Shown piece by piece: positions 1-8,134 of a DNA stretch of 25,892 bases. Positions within the stretch are counted from its first letter, which is position 1; every line of letters begins with the position of its first letter. The notes beneath the pieces are model-generated. The model saw only the letters and a program-made list of their open reading frames with translations, was not told the DNA's origin and ran no database searches. Both the position numbers and the translations under genes were made by a program. Origin of the DNA: a virus (Duplodnaviria; Caudoviricetes); the IMG/VR virus record IMGVR_UViG_3300031910_000034, positions 1-25,892 of that record, one strand, 5' to 3'.

Positions 1-125
1 CGGCGCTTCCAGGCATCGACGGTGCCATAGGGAACGGACAGCGAGCGTGATATCTCGGCCACGCTGTAACCGCGCCAGTAAAGGTTCCGCGCTTCGATCC
101 GGGTATTTTCGTCGGCTGAATACAT
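1..125 (-). CDS. gpP: Terminase ATPase subunit (P2 gpP-like), N-terminal part; continues beyond the left edge
   Basis: Not in the ORF track. Manual translation from ATG at 125 gives MYSADENTRIEARNLYWRGYSVAEISRSLSVPYGTVDAWKRR, matching the gpP N-terminal HTH (A..LYWxGxxxxxIA...TVxxWK.R). Divergent from gpO as in P2. Confidence 0.9.
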   Translation of the reverse strand, partial: MYSADENTRIEARNLYWRGYSVAEISRSLSVPYGTVDAWKR

Positions 126-171
126 GGGGCCAGCCTGTGGCGGGCATCTTCCGCCACGCACGCGCTTTAAA

Positions 172-192
172 GTTGGAATCCCTTATTCCAAC
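172..192. promoter_or_regulatory. Putative late-activator (Ogr-type) binding site shared by the divergent P and O promoters
   Basis: Inverted repeat GTTGGAAT-CCCTT-ATTCCAAC. The same GTTGG-N11-CCAAC motif recurs upstream of gpV. Candidate -10 hexamers lie 45 bp away on each side (CAGGCT minus strand 137-132; CAGCCT plus strand 227-232). Confidence 0.75.
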
Positions 193-270
193 CCTGGGGG
201 ATTTGCAGGGTCCGCCGCCTGCACTCCAGCCTGACCGGGTAACCGTCCCAACCCCCAGGACTCAAACGAC

Positions 271-1086
271 ATGCCGACAAAGTTCCTCCGCGTTGCCACG
301 TCCGGCAAGACCGTCGATGGCCGGGAAATCACTCCCGCCATGATCGACCAGATGGCCGCGACTTACGACCCGGCCAAATATGGCGCCCGCGTCTGGATGG
401 AGCATATCCGTTCATTCCTCCCCGACAGCCCGTTCAAAGCCTACGGCGATGTCGTCGCCGTCAAGGCCATGGATGGTGACAACGGCACCCGCGCACTGCT
501 GGCCCAGCTGGACCCCACCGCCGATCTGATCAAGCTGGCCCAGGACCGTCAGAAGGTGTTTTTCTCGGTCGAGATCGACCCGAATTTCGCCGGCACCAAT
601 CAGGCTTATCTGATGGGTCTGGCGGTGACCGACAGCCCGGCTTCGCTGGGAACCGAAATGTTGACCTTCGCCGCCAAATCCGAACTGGCTCCCGAGGCGG
701 TGAAACGGCATCTGTTCGGCGCGGCGGTCGAGGAAAGCGGCATCACCGTCGAAGACGAAACGCAGGGCCTGCTGGACAAGATCAAGGGCCTGCTGGCGTC
801 CAGCAAGACCAAGACGGAACAGTCCCCCGCCTCCCTGTCTGCCGAGGCGGTCAAGAAGCTGTCGGACATGGAAACCGGCATGATCGAAATCGCCGCCACC
901 CTGCAGGATATGCAGAAGAAGGCCGGCGACTTCTCCGACGCCAGCACGGTCAAGACGCTGGCCGAAGACCTCGCCAAACTGAACGCCAAACTGGCCGACA
1001 TCGAAACCAAGATGTCCAAAACCCCCACTTCCCAGCCTCGCCAGCCTGCCGCTGGCGGCAATGGCATGACCCAGACGGACTGCTGA
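271..1086 (+). CDS. gpO: Capsid scaffolding protein/protease (GPO family)
   Basis: Motifs ATSGKTVDGREI, MAATYDP..YGARVWMEH, YLMGLAVTDSPASLGTE; synteny. Confidence 0.96.
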   Translation: MPTKFLRVATSGKTVDGREITPAMIDQMAATYDPAKYGARVWMEHIRSFLPDSPFKAYGDVVAVKAMDGDNGTRALLAQLDPTADLIKLAQDRQKVFFSVEIDPNFAGTNQAYLMGLAVTDSPASLGTEMLTFAAKSELAPEAVKRHLFGAAVEESGITVEDETQGLLDKIKGLLASSKTKTEQSPASLSAEAVKKLSDMETGMIEIAATLQDMQKKAGDFSDASTVKTLAEDLAKLNAKLADIETKMSKTPTSQPRQPAAGGNGMTQTDC

Positions 1087-1089
1087 ACC

Positions 1090-2109
1090 ATGAAAAACGA
1101 AACTCGCACCTCTTTCGAGGCCTATGCCGCCCAGGTCGCCACGCTGAACAACGTCGCCTCGGCCATGAACAAGTTCTCGGTGACCCCGACCGTCGCCCAG
1201 ACCCTGAATGACCGCATTCAGGAAAGCGCCGCCTTCCTGCAGTCGGTCAATATCGTGCCGGTGGACGAACAGTCCGGCGAACGTCTCGGCTTGGGTGCCG
1301 GCGGGCCTGCCGCCGGTCGCACCGACACCTCCACCAAGGACCGCGAGGCCCGCAATCTGGTGGATATGACCGACTTCGCCTATTACTGCGCCAAGACCGA
1401 TTTCGACACCTACGTCACCTATCAGCAGCTGGACGCTTGGGCCAAGTTCCCCGATTTCCAGGCCCGTATGCGCAACCATGTCACCGCCCAGATCGCCCGC
1501 GACCGTCTGATGATCGGCTGGAACGGCACGAAGATCGCCGCCGATACCGATCTGGCGCAAAATCCTCTGTTGCAGGATGTCAACAAGGGCTGGCTACAGC
1601 ATATCCGCGAGAATGTTCCGCAGCGCGTTCTGTCCGGCATCAAGGTCGGCACGGAGTCCGGGGCCGATTACCGCAACCTCGACTCCCTGGTCTTCGACAT
1701 GACCAACGAGCTGCTGGACCCCTGGTATCGAGAAGACACCGGCATTGTCGCCATCGTCTCCAATGAACTGACCACCGACAAATATCTGGGCCTGATGAAT
1801 TCGGCGGCCAGCGATGCCCCGACTGAAAAAGACGCCCTGGCGACCATGCTGTCGAACAAGACCTTGGGCGGCAAGAAAGCCCAGGTGGTGCCGTTCTTCC
1901 AGCGCCGCTCGGTCCTGCTCACCTCGTCCCGCAATCTGTCGATCTACTGGCAGAATGGCTCTCTGCGCCGGCAGATCGCGGAAAAGCCCGAACGCGACCG
2001 CGTCATCGACTTCCTGTCGATCAACGACGGCTATGTCATCGAGGACTTCGGCGCCTGCGCCTTGGTGGAAGGCATCCTTCTGCCCAAGGCCGGCGGCGGC
2101 TGGGAGTAA
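1090..2109 (+). CDS. gpN: Major capsid protein, P2 family
   Basis: MKNETR..F, FSVTPTVAQTL, LDAWAKFPDFQ, RDRLMIGWNG, NPLLQDVNKGWLQ. Confidence 0.97.
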   Translation: MKNETRTSFEAYAAQVATLNNVASAMNKFSVTPTVAQTLNDRIQESAAFLQSVNIVPVDEQSGERLGLGAGGPAAGRTDTSTKDREARNLVDMTDFAYYCAKTDFDTYVTYQQLDAWAKFPDFQARMRNHVTAQIARDRLMIGWNGTKIAADTDLAQNPLLQDVNKGWLQHIRENVPQRVLSGIKVGTESGADYRNLDSLVFDMTNELLDPWYREDTGIVAIVSNELTTDKYLGLMNSAASDAPTEKDALATMLSNKTLGGKKAQVVPFFQRRSVLLTSSRNLSIYWQNGSLRRQIAEKPERDRVIDFLSINDGYVIEDFGACALVEGILLPKAGGGWE

Positions 2110-2115
2110 CCGCCC

Positions 2116-2766
2116 ATGTCCATCGCCCGCGCCCATTTCCAGCGCACCATGGCCGCCCGCGAAAGCGCGGCGGCCAGTTCGGGGGCGGAGCCGGCCACCG
2201 GCAGCGCCTATGAACGCATGCTGGGTCAGCTGCGCCTGCATCAGGCCCAGCTGAAGGCCATCCAGTCCAAGACCGCCAAGATCGAGACGAAGAAAGGCTT
2301 CCTGGCCGAGTACGCGCCTTATGTCGATGGCGTGATTGCCGGCGGCGGCGGAGCCCAGGACGATGTCCTGGCGACCGTCATGGTCTGGCGTCTGGACGCG
2401 GGCGATTGGGACGGCGGCCTGGAAATCGCCGCCTATGGCATCCGTCATGGCCTTGCCATGCCGGAGCCGTTCCGCCGCGATCTGCCGACCACCCTGGTCG
2501 AGGAACTGGCGGACGCGGTTTTGACCACCACCAGCCCCGACAAGGCGCTGGCCGATCCCATCAACGAGGCACTGGAACTGACCGCCGATCAGGACATGGT
2601 CGATGAGGTCCGCGCCAAGGCCCATAAAGCCCTTGGGCTGATCGCTCTGGACAGCGCCCCGGCGGTCGCGATCGAGCATTTCGAGGCGGCTCTGAAGCTG
2701 AACCCCAACAGCGGGGTCAAGACGCAATTGACGCGGGCGCGGAAAGCCCTTCCGCCCGCGTCCTAA
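2116..2766 (+). CDS. gpM: Terminase endonuclease (small) subunit
   Basis: LKAIQS...K, QDDVLATVMVWRLDAGD, DMVDEVRAKAHKALG, ALKLNPNSGVK. Confidence 0.95.
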   Translation: MSIARAHFQRTMAARESAAASSGAEPATGSAYERMLGQLRLHQAQLKAIQSKTAKIETKKGFLAEYAPYVDGVIAGGGGAQDDVLATVMVWRLDAGDWDGGLEIAAYGIRHGLAMPEPFRRDLPTTLVEELADAVLTTTSPDKALADPINEALELTADQDMVDEVRAKAHKALGLIALDSAPAVAIEHFEAALKLNPNSGVKTQLTRARKALPPAS

Positions 2767-2779
2767 CAGGCCCCCCGGC

Positions 2780-2839
2780 GCGGCGACGGCAGGTCGAGGA
2801 ACAAGGCGCAAGCCGACATTCCGAAACCACCGTCGCCGC
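2780..2839 (+). other. Long intergenic stem-loop between M and L
   Basis: GCGGCGACGG (2780-2789) pairs perfectly with CCGTCGCCGC (2830-2839). Inner GGAA/TTCC helix and a GGC-GCAA-GCC GNRA tetraloop cap. Confidence 0.65.
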
Positions 2840-2861
2840 CACCCTTCGACGGATTTCCGCG

Positions 2862-3320
2862 ATGCTGACCCTGATCCCCACTGACCAGCCCGACAGCCAG
2901 GACACGTTGGTCAAAAATGACGGATGGTATCCAGACTTGGATGCCAAGGACTTCATCGATCAGACCGGCCAGCCCGACATTTTCGACATGGTCCGGGTCA
3001 CCTCCGCCCTTCAGGCCGAGATGATCGAGATCAATCTTTCCCTCGCCGATTGGCGGGACCGGCAGACGGTGGATAGCCTTTCCGCTGTCCCGGCTACCAA
3101 CTATGGCGGCGTTTCTGAAAAAGTCATCCTTTACACCACCGCCGTCTTTTCCCGCGTCCGCGCCCAGCTGCTGCGCAAGACCCGCGATTTTGATTCCACC
3201 AAGGACGGTCACAACCGCGCCGACAAGCTGGAAGAAACCGCGACCGATTATCTGCGCCAGTCAACCGAGGCCCTGGCCCGCCTGACAGGTCGGTCCCGTA
3301 CCGTCGTGGAACTGATCTGA
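2862..3320 (+). CDS. gpL: Head completion/stabilization protein
   Basis: NDGWYPDLD, RDFDSTKDGHNRAD, C-terminal GRSRTVVELI; position after M. Confidence 0.93.
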   Translation: MLTLIPTDQPDSQDTLVKNDGWYPDLDAKDFIDQTGQPDIFDMVRVTSALQAEMIEINLSLADWRDRQTVDSLSAVPATNYGGVSEKVILYTTAVFSRVRAQLLRKTRDFDSTKDGHNRADKLEETATDYLRQSTEALARLTGRSRTVVELI

Positions 3321-3529
3321 TGGCGAAGGTCATCCGATCCTTGCAGGGCGACACCGTCGATATGATCGCCTCGCGCTGCTACGACGGCGACACCAGCATG
3401 GTGACCTCCATCATGTCCGCCAATCCGGGGCTTGCCGGCAAGGGGATCATTCTGCCGAAGGGAACCTTGGTGACGCTGCCCGAGCGCACCACCACCACCA
3501 CCACAGCCACGACCAGCCTATGGGATTGA
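3320..3529 (+). CDS. gpX: Tail protein X (LysM-like)
   Basis: QGDTVD.I..R.Y, ANPGLA, LPKGTLVTLP, terminal LWD. Confidence 0.95.
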   Translation: MAKVIRSLQGDTVDMIASRCYDGDTSMVTSIMSANPGLAGKGIILPKGTLVTLPERTTTTTTATTSLWD

Positions 3530-3531
3530 CC

Positions 3532-3837
3532 ATGACCGAAAATTATATCGGACCTGACCGGAGGAAGCCGGCCAATTGCAGCGAGGGGCCGACCTGCGCC
3601 CATGTGTCGTCTGTCGCCGAAGAGGCGGCGGATCGCGCCGTCCGGGAAGTCTTCGCCAAGTTCGGCGTCGATATCGACAAGCCGGATCAAGTGGCCGAAT
3701 TCCAGGCTGACCTGCGCTTCGGTTCCCGCCTGCGCCGCATCGCCGACCATGGCGCGATGGCAATGGTGGCCGCCCTTGGCGTCGGTGTCCTGGCCGCCCT
3801 GTGGGCCGGCATCACCAGCAAGCTGGGAGGGCACTGA
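3532..3837 (+). CDS. Lysis-region membrane protein with one C-terminal TM helix (holin/antiholin candidate)
   Basis: Hydrophobic AMAMVAALGVGVLAALWAGI; located directly upstream of the endolysin. ATG 3532 chosen because it follows the gpX stop (track start is 3520). Confidence 0.65.
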   Translation: MTENYIGPDRRKPANCSEGPTCAHVSSVAEEAADRAVREVFAKFGVDIDKPDQVAEFQADLRFGSRLRRIADHGAMAMVAALGVGVLAALWAGITSKLGGH

Positions 3838-3838
3838 T

Positions 3839-4477
3839 ATGCGCGACATCCTGGCCGCCGCCATCCCCCAGGCCCATCCCGACAATATCGCCCATTTCGC
3901 GCCGGCCATCGCCGCCGCCTGCGATGAATTCGAGATCACCACGCCCCGGCGCTATGCCGCCTTCTTGTCGCAAATCGCCGTGGAATCGGAAAATCTGTCG
4001 CGTCTGGTCGAAAACCTGAATTACAGCGCCAAAGGCCTGTTGCGGGTCTTCCACAGCCATTTCGACGATGAGGACGATGCGGCGGACTATGACCGCCAGC
4101 CCGAACGCATCGCCAACCGGGTTTATGCGGATCGCATGGGCAACGGCGATGAGGAATCCGGCGACGGCTGGCGCTTTCGCGGTCGCGGCCTGATCCAGCT
4201 GACCGGCAAGGACAATTACGCCGAATGCGGCGAGGCCCTGGGCGTCGATCTGCTGTCCGCACCTGACTATCTGGAAAGCCCGGAAGGGGCCGCCCGCTCC
4301 GCCGCCTGGTTCTGGAGCCGCCATGGCATCAATGCCTATGCCGATAAGGCCGACTTCGACGGTATCTGCGATCTGGTCAATATCGGCCATAAGACCAAGC
4401 CGCAGGGCGATGCCCATGGCTACGACAAGCGTCTAGCCGCCTATCGCGCTGCGCTACAGGCGCTGGCGGTGGCCTGA
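3839..4477 (+). CDS. Endolysin, glycoside hydrolase family 19
   Basis: AAFLSQIAVES, ENLNYSA, IANRVYADRMGNG, GDGWRFRGRGLIQLTGKDNY, SAAWFW. Start re-assigned to ATG 3839 (GGAGG upstream); the track's 3602 start is spurious. Confidence 0.93.
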   Translation: MRDILAAAIPQAHPDNIAHFAPAIAAACDEFEITTPRRYAAFLSQIAVESENLSRLVENLNYSAKGLLRVFHSHFDDEDDAADYDRQPERIANRVYADRMGNGDEESGDGWRFRGRGLIQLTGKDNYAECGEALGVDLLSAPDYLESPEGAARSAAWFWSRHGINAYADKADFDGICDLVNIGHKTKPQGDAHGYDKRLAAYRAALQALAVA

Positions 4478-4767
4478 TGCGGCTGGATTCGCCCAGGGGA
4501 ACATGGGATTTCCGCCGGCAGATGGCGGTGCGCATTCTTCAGTTTTGCGCCGGCATCGTTATCGCCGCCCTCGTTCTTCCTTGGGTGAATGCAGATGTGG
4601 CGGGAAAGGTCGTGATGTCGGCCTTCACGCTGGCCGGGGTCATCGCCAGCGCCTATTTGGGCGCAGCGACAACCCATGACGTTTTGTCACGCCCTGCGCC
4701 TTCGGCAATCACGCCATCGCCGCCGAAACCGCCGCCCGCCCCCGCAAAAGATGCGGTCATAGACTGA
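4477..4767 (+). CDS. Putative holin (two TM helices, Pro-rich tail)
   Basis: Two hydrophobic segments; TGATG coupling to the endolysin; lies between endolysin and spanins. Confidence 0.6.
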   Translation: MRLDSPRGTWDFRRQMAVRILQFCAGIVIAALVLPWVNADVAGKVVMSAFTLAGVIASAYLGAATTHDVLSRPAPSAITPSPPKPPPAPAKDAVID

Positions 4768-4778
4768 GGAGATTGCCC

Positions 4779-5189
4779 ATGTTCGGTTTCAGCCTCGGCG
4801 ATCTTGCCCTTGGCCTTCTGGCTGGTCTGCTGGCCGGCGGATGGCTTGGCGCCGATTGGCAAGAGGGCCAATTCGCCAAAGCCACGGTGGCGCAGCAGAA
4901 AACCGAGCTGCGCGACATCGTCAAGGCCGACTTCATCACCGAAAAGGCCGGCGAGGAGTCCGCCGCGCATCAGCAGAAAATCCAGGTCATCACCCGCACA
5001 ATTGTTAGGGAGGTTCCGAATCATGTCACCGCTCAAGATGATGCTGCCTGCACTGTCCCTCTTGGCGCTTTGCGCCTGCTCGATGCCGCTGCCAGGGGCC
5101 TGCCGCCCGTTCCCGGACCCGCCGGGCGATCTGATGGCGCCGCCCCAGGAATGGCGGATCATGCCGGCTCTGGTCCCGCCGGGCAGTGA
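4779..5189 (+). CDS. Inner-membrane spanin (Rz/LysB-like)
   Basis: N-terminal TM, helical region, ITRTIVREVP..V....DAACTVP.G.LRLLDAAA motif; GAGGAG RBS before ATG 4779. Confidence 0.8.
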   Translation: MFGFSLGDLALGLLAGLLAGGWLGADWQEGQFAKATVAQQKTELRDIVKADFITEKAGEESAAHQQKIQVITRTIVREVPNHVTAQDDAACTVPLGALRLLDAAARGLPPVPGPAGRSDGAAPGMADHAGSGPAGQ

Positions 5190-5352
5190 CGGTCAGCCGG
5201 ACAGCGCCCCATCCGGCGTCCGGCTGTCCCGACTGGTCAGCGCCATGGCCGAGGATATCGGCACCGGCCAAGCCAACCGCCAGCAGCTGATCGACCTTCA
5301 GTCCTGGGTCCGCGACCAGCGGGCTCTGAGCCGTCAGAGCGTCGCCGAATGA
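5023..5352 (+). CDS. Outer-membrane spanin lipoprotein (Rz1/LysC-like), overlapping Rz in the +1 frame
   Basis: AGGGAGG RBS at 5007-5013; signal peptide MSPLKMMLPALSLLALCA-C with lipobox; Pro-rich mature region. Confidence 0.8.
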   Translation: MSPLKMMLPALSLLALCACSMPLPGACRPFPDPPGDLMAPPQEWRIMPALVPPGSDGQPDSAPSGVRLSRLVSAMAEDIGTGQANRQQLIDLQSWVRDQRALSRQSVAE

Positions 5353-5768
5353 TCAAGCTGGCTTCGTCGCGGGACGCCATCCTGAAATCAGGCCTGAAGA
5401 TCAAGCCTGACAAGCTGCTGACCTTTGCCGAAAAGGGCACGGTGGAGTCCTGGGACGGCGATCAGAACGCCGGATTCTTGGTCAAGTACACCATTCATCA
5501 GATCGTCACGGATTATCAGGGCGCATTGCAGGATCTGCTGTTTGTCGCCTGCCAGTGGGTCAAGGCCGAATGCAAATCCTCCCCTACCGATGCTTTGGGG
5601 TTCCATGTGGACCAGATCGACAGCAAGACATATGACGTCAGCCTGTCGATCGAGGTGGAAGAACATATCGCCGTTACAGTGGACGGTAAGAACGCCAAGA
5701 CCGCACCGAAGAAAGACGCCAAGGTCGAAGACCTTACCGCCCTGATACTGTACGGCGAAAATGGCTGA
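5349..5768 (+). CDS. gpR: Tail completion protein R
   Basis: K...R..I, PDKLLTFAEKG, Y....IVTDY.G, F.VD.ID...D.S.SI..EE; synteny. Confidence 0.88.
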   Translation: MIKLASSRDAILKSGLKIKPDKLLTFAEKGTVESWDGDQNAGFLVKYTIHQIVTDYQGALQDLLFVACQWVKAECKSSPTDALGFHVDQIDSKTYDVSLSIEVEEHIAVTVDGKNAKTAPKKDAKVEDLTALILYGENG

Positions 5769-6213
5769 AGATCAGTTCGTCCCTCTGGAACGCTGGCTGC
5801 AGCAAGCCACCGCCGCTTTGGAGCCGGGCAGCCGCAAGAAGCTGCTGGTCGAGATCGCCCGCGAACTGCGCCGCCGGAACCAGCAGCGCATCGTTCGCCA
5901 GACCGGGCCGGATGGCGAAGCATGGTCCCCCAGGAAACGCAACAAGGCAGGGAAAATCCGCAAAAAAGCGAAGATGCTGCAAGGCATGCGGGACATTCGC
6001 CGCCTGCTGGCCGGCGGGACCGATGTCCAGGCCGAGATTGGCTATGAAGGCCGCACCGCCCGCCTTGCCGAAGTGCATCAGCTGGGCCTTGTCGATGCTG
6101 TCGCCCCCAATGGACCCAGGGCCAAATATCCGGCCCGAGCCCTGCTGGGGCTGACAGCCGAGGATACCGACTATGTCATCGCCCGGATCATGGATGAAAT
6201 ATCCGCCTCCTGA
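5761..6213 (+). CDS. gpS: Virion morphogenesis / tail completion protein S
   Basis: LRRRNQQRI..Q..PDG..W.PRK, ARLAEVHQ.G, YPARALLG. Confidence 0.93.
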   Translation: MAEDQFVPLERWLQQATAALEPGSRKKLLVEIARELRRRNQQRIVRQTGPDGEAWSPRKRNKAGKIRKKAKMLQGMRDIRRLLAGGTDVQAEIGYEGRTARLAEVHQLGLVDAVAPNGPRAKYPARALLGLTAEDTDYVIARIMDEISAS

Positions 6214-6215
6214 AG

Positions 6216-6277
6216 GTTGGAAAGAGCTAATCCAACCCTGGCGAAATTGACCGCCGGAAGGGCCGGGCGGCCATCAT
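6216..6277 (+). promoter_or_regulatory. Late promoter pV: activator site plus -10
   Basis: GTTGG-AAAGAGCTAAT-CCAAC at 6216-6236; CATCAT at 6272-6277, 6 nt before the gpV ATG; no RBS present. Confidence 0.7.
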
Positions 6278-6283
6278 GCATCC

Positions 6284-6886
6284 ATGACTTGGTCCATCGC
6301 CGAACTACAGCGCCGCCTCGAAAATCTGATCGCAATCGGCAGCATTACTGCCGTCGATCACGAGAAGAAGTGCGTCCAGCTGTCCATTTCCGGCAGGCCT
6401 CCATCAAACTGGCTGCCCTTCCCCGCCGAAATCGGCCGGAATTTCCGGCGTTGGCGGCCTTTGCGTCCGGGCATTCAAGCTGTTGTCCTCAGCCCGTCCG
6501 GGAACCCCGCCCAGGCGGTCATCGCTCAAATCCTCTATTCCGACGATCTGCCGCCACCGGTGACCGCCGAGAATCTGGACGTGATCCAATTCGAGGATGG
6601 CACCACCGTCAGCTATGACAGCGACAAACATTGTCTGACCCTGGACTCGGTCGGCGACATCGCGCTGAAGGCCGGCAGGACCATCGTCATCGACGGCAAG
6701 AACATCGTCATCCGCACCGCCGAAGGCGGCTATTACCAGATCGACAACGCCGGCAAGGTCACTCGCCTGACCTCCGAAGGCGGAGCCGAATTCACCTCGG
6801 AAAGCTGGTCCGCAGGGTCCGTCACCATCGCCAAACCGGATCACGGATTCTCACCGCCCAAGGTCGCCAGCCCGGAGGAGTCCTGA
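6284..6886 (+). CDS. gpV: Baseplate assembly protein V (tail spike)
   Basis: ELQRRLENLI.IG.I..VD, WLP, VVLSPSGN, FEDGTTVSYD. Confidence 0.93.
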   Translation: MTWSIAELQRRLENLIAIGSITAVDHEKKCVQLSISGRPPSNWLPFPAEIGRNFRRWRPLRPGIQAVVLSPSGNPAQAVIAQILYSDDLPPPVTAENLDVIQFEDGTTVSYDSDKHCLTLDSVGDIALKAGRTIVIDGKNIVIRTAEGGYYQIDNAGKVTRLTSEGGAEFTSESWSAGSVTIAKPDHGFSPPKVASPEES

Positions 6887-6887
6887 C

Positions 6888-7232
6888 ATGGCCGGCATGG
6901 ATGTGGTCACCGGCAAGGCCCTGAACGAGATCGCCGATATCCGCCAGTCCATTTCGGACATCCTGCGCACACCAGTCGGCACCCGCGTCATGCGCCGCAC
7001 TTACGGCAGCCACCTGTTTGACCTTGTGGATTCTCCGGGTTCGCCCAGCGGAGCCTTGCAGGTCATCGCCGCCGCCGCCGATGCCATCGACCGCTGGGAA
7101 AAGCGCGTCTCGCTGCAATCGGCCAATCTGGTGGCCGGCATAGACGGCAGCGCCGTCCTGCGCACCGTCTGCCAGATCAAGTCATCTGGCCTGCTGATCA
7201 CTGCCGACACCAAGGTCGGGGGCTCGGCATGA
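6888..7232 (+). CDS. gpW: Baseplate protein W (GPW/gp25)
   Basis: GMD..TGK, IRQSISDILRTPVGTRVMRRTYGS, WE.RV. Confidence 0.95.
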   Translation: MAGMDVVTGKALNEIADIRQSISDILRTPVGTRVMRRTYGSHLFDLVDSPGSPSGALQVIAAAADAIDRWEKRVSLQSANLVAGIDGSAVLRTVCQIKSSGLLITADTKVGGSA

Positions 7233-8134
7233 GCAAAACCATCGACCTGTCGAAACTGCCGTCGCCGGCCATCATCGAGAGCATCGAATATGAAACGCTG
7301 TTGGCCGAGCGTAAGGCGGACATGAAAGCGCGGCTCGACGCCGCCGGCATCCTGCCCGATTGGGACCCCACTTCGGAAAGCGACCCCATCGTCAAGTCGC
7401 TGGAAGAATCGGCTTACCGCGAAATGGTCCTGCGCCAGCGGGTCAATGATGCCGCCTATGCCACCATGCTGGCCTATGCCGAAGACGATGATCTTGATCA
7501 GATCGGCGCCCGCTATGATGTCGAGCGCCTGACGGTCACCCCAGCCGACACCACCACGACCCCGCCGACGGCGGCGGTCATGGAAAGCAATGAGCGGTTC
7601 CGCGAACGCATCCAGTTGGCTTTCGAGGGATTCACCACCGCCGGGCCTATCGGCGCTTACCGCTATAACACTCTGTCTGCCTCGGCCAAAGTCAAAAGCT
7701 GCTCGGTCACCCGCCCCAAGGCGGGCACGGTGCGGGTTACGGTCTTGTCCACCGAAGGCGACGGCACGGCGGACGAAGACCTGCTGGCGACGGTGCTGGC
7801 CGCTCTGAGCGATGAAGACATTCGCCCCCTCAATGACACCGTCGAGGTCAAAGCGGCGGAGATCATCGGCTATCAGCTAACCGCCCAGTTGGTGATCGGC
7901 AGCGGCCCCGACAAGGCGACGGTGCTGGCTACCTCCCTCAAGGCTGCCGGCGTCTATGTGGCCGGTTGTCATGTCGTGGATGGCGTCGTCGCCCGTTCCG
8001 GCATCGACAAGGCTCTGCATCAGTCTGGAGTGACCCGCGTCATCCTGACCGAGCCGGCGGCGGACATCATCGCCAGCCAGACCCAGGCCCCGTACTGCCT
8101 GTCCATCGACGTGACGGTGGCCGCCGATGGTTGA
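7229..8134 (+). CDS. gpJ: Baseplate assembly protein J
   Basis: IDLSKLPSP, ESDP.VK.LEE.AYRE..LRQRVN.AA, TAGP.GAY, RPLND.VEV. Confidence 0.96.
   Translation: MSKTIDLSKLPSPAIIESIEYETLLAERKADMKARLDAAGILPDWDPTSESDPIVKSLEESAYREMVLRQRVNDAAYATMLAYAEDDDLDQIGARYDVERLTVTPADTTTTPPTAAVMESNERFRERIQLAFEGFTTAGPIGAYRYNTLSASAKVKSCSVTRPKAGTVRVTVLSTEGDGTADEDLLATVLAALSDEDIRPLNDTVEVKAAEIIGYQLTAQLVIGSGPDKATVLATSLKAAGVYVAGCHVVDGVVARSGIDKALHQSGVTRVILTEPAADIIASQTQAPYCLSIDVTVAADG

Noticed and set aside
412-2811. Long minus-strand ORFs (412..1560, 1594..2811) and similar ones opposite FI, tape measure, dam and primase
   Set aside because: Antisense shadows of high-GC3 genes with no recognisable motifs
3602-3838. N-terminal extension of the endolysin in the ORF track
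   Set aside because: Overlaps the upstream membrane gene; a good RBS and ATG exist at 3839
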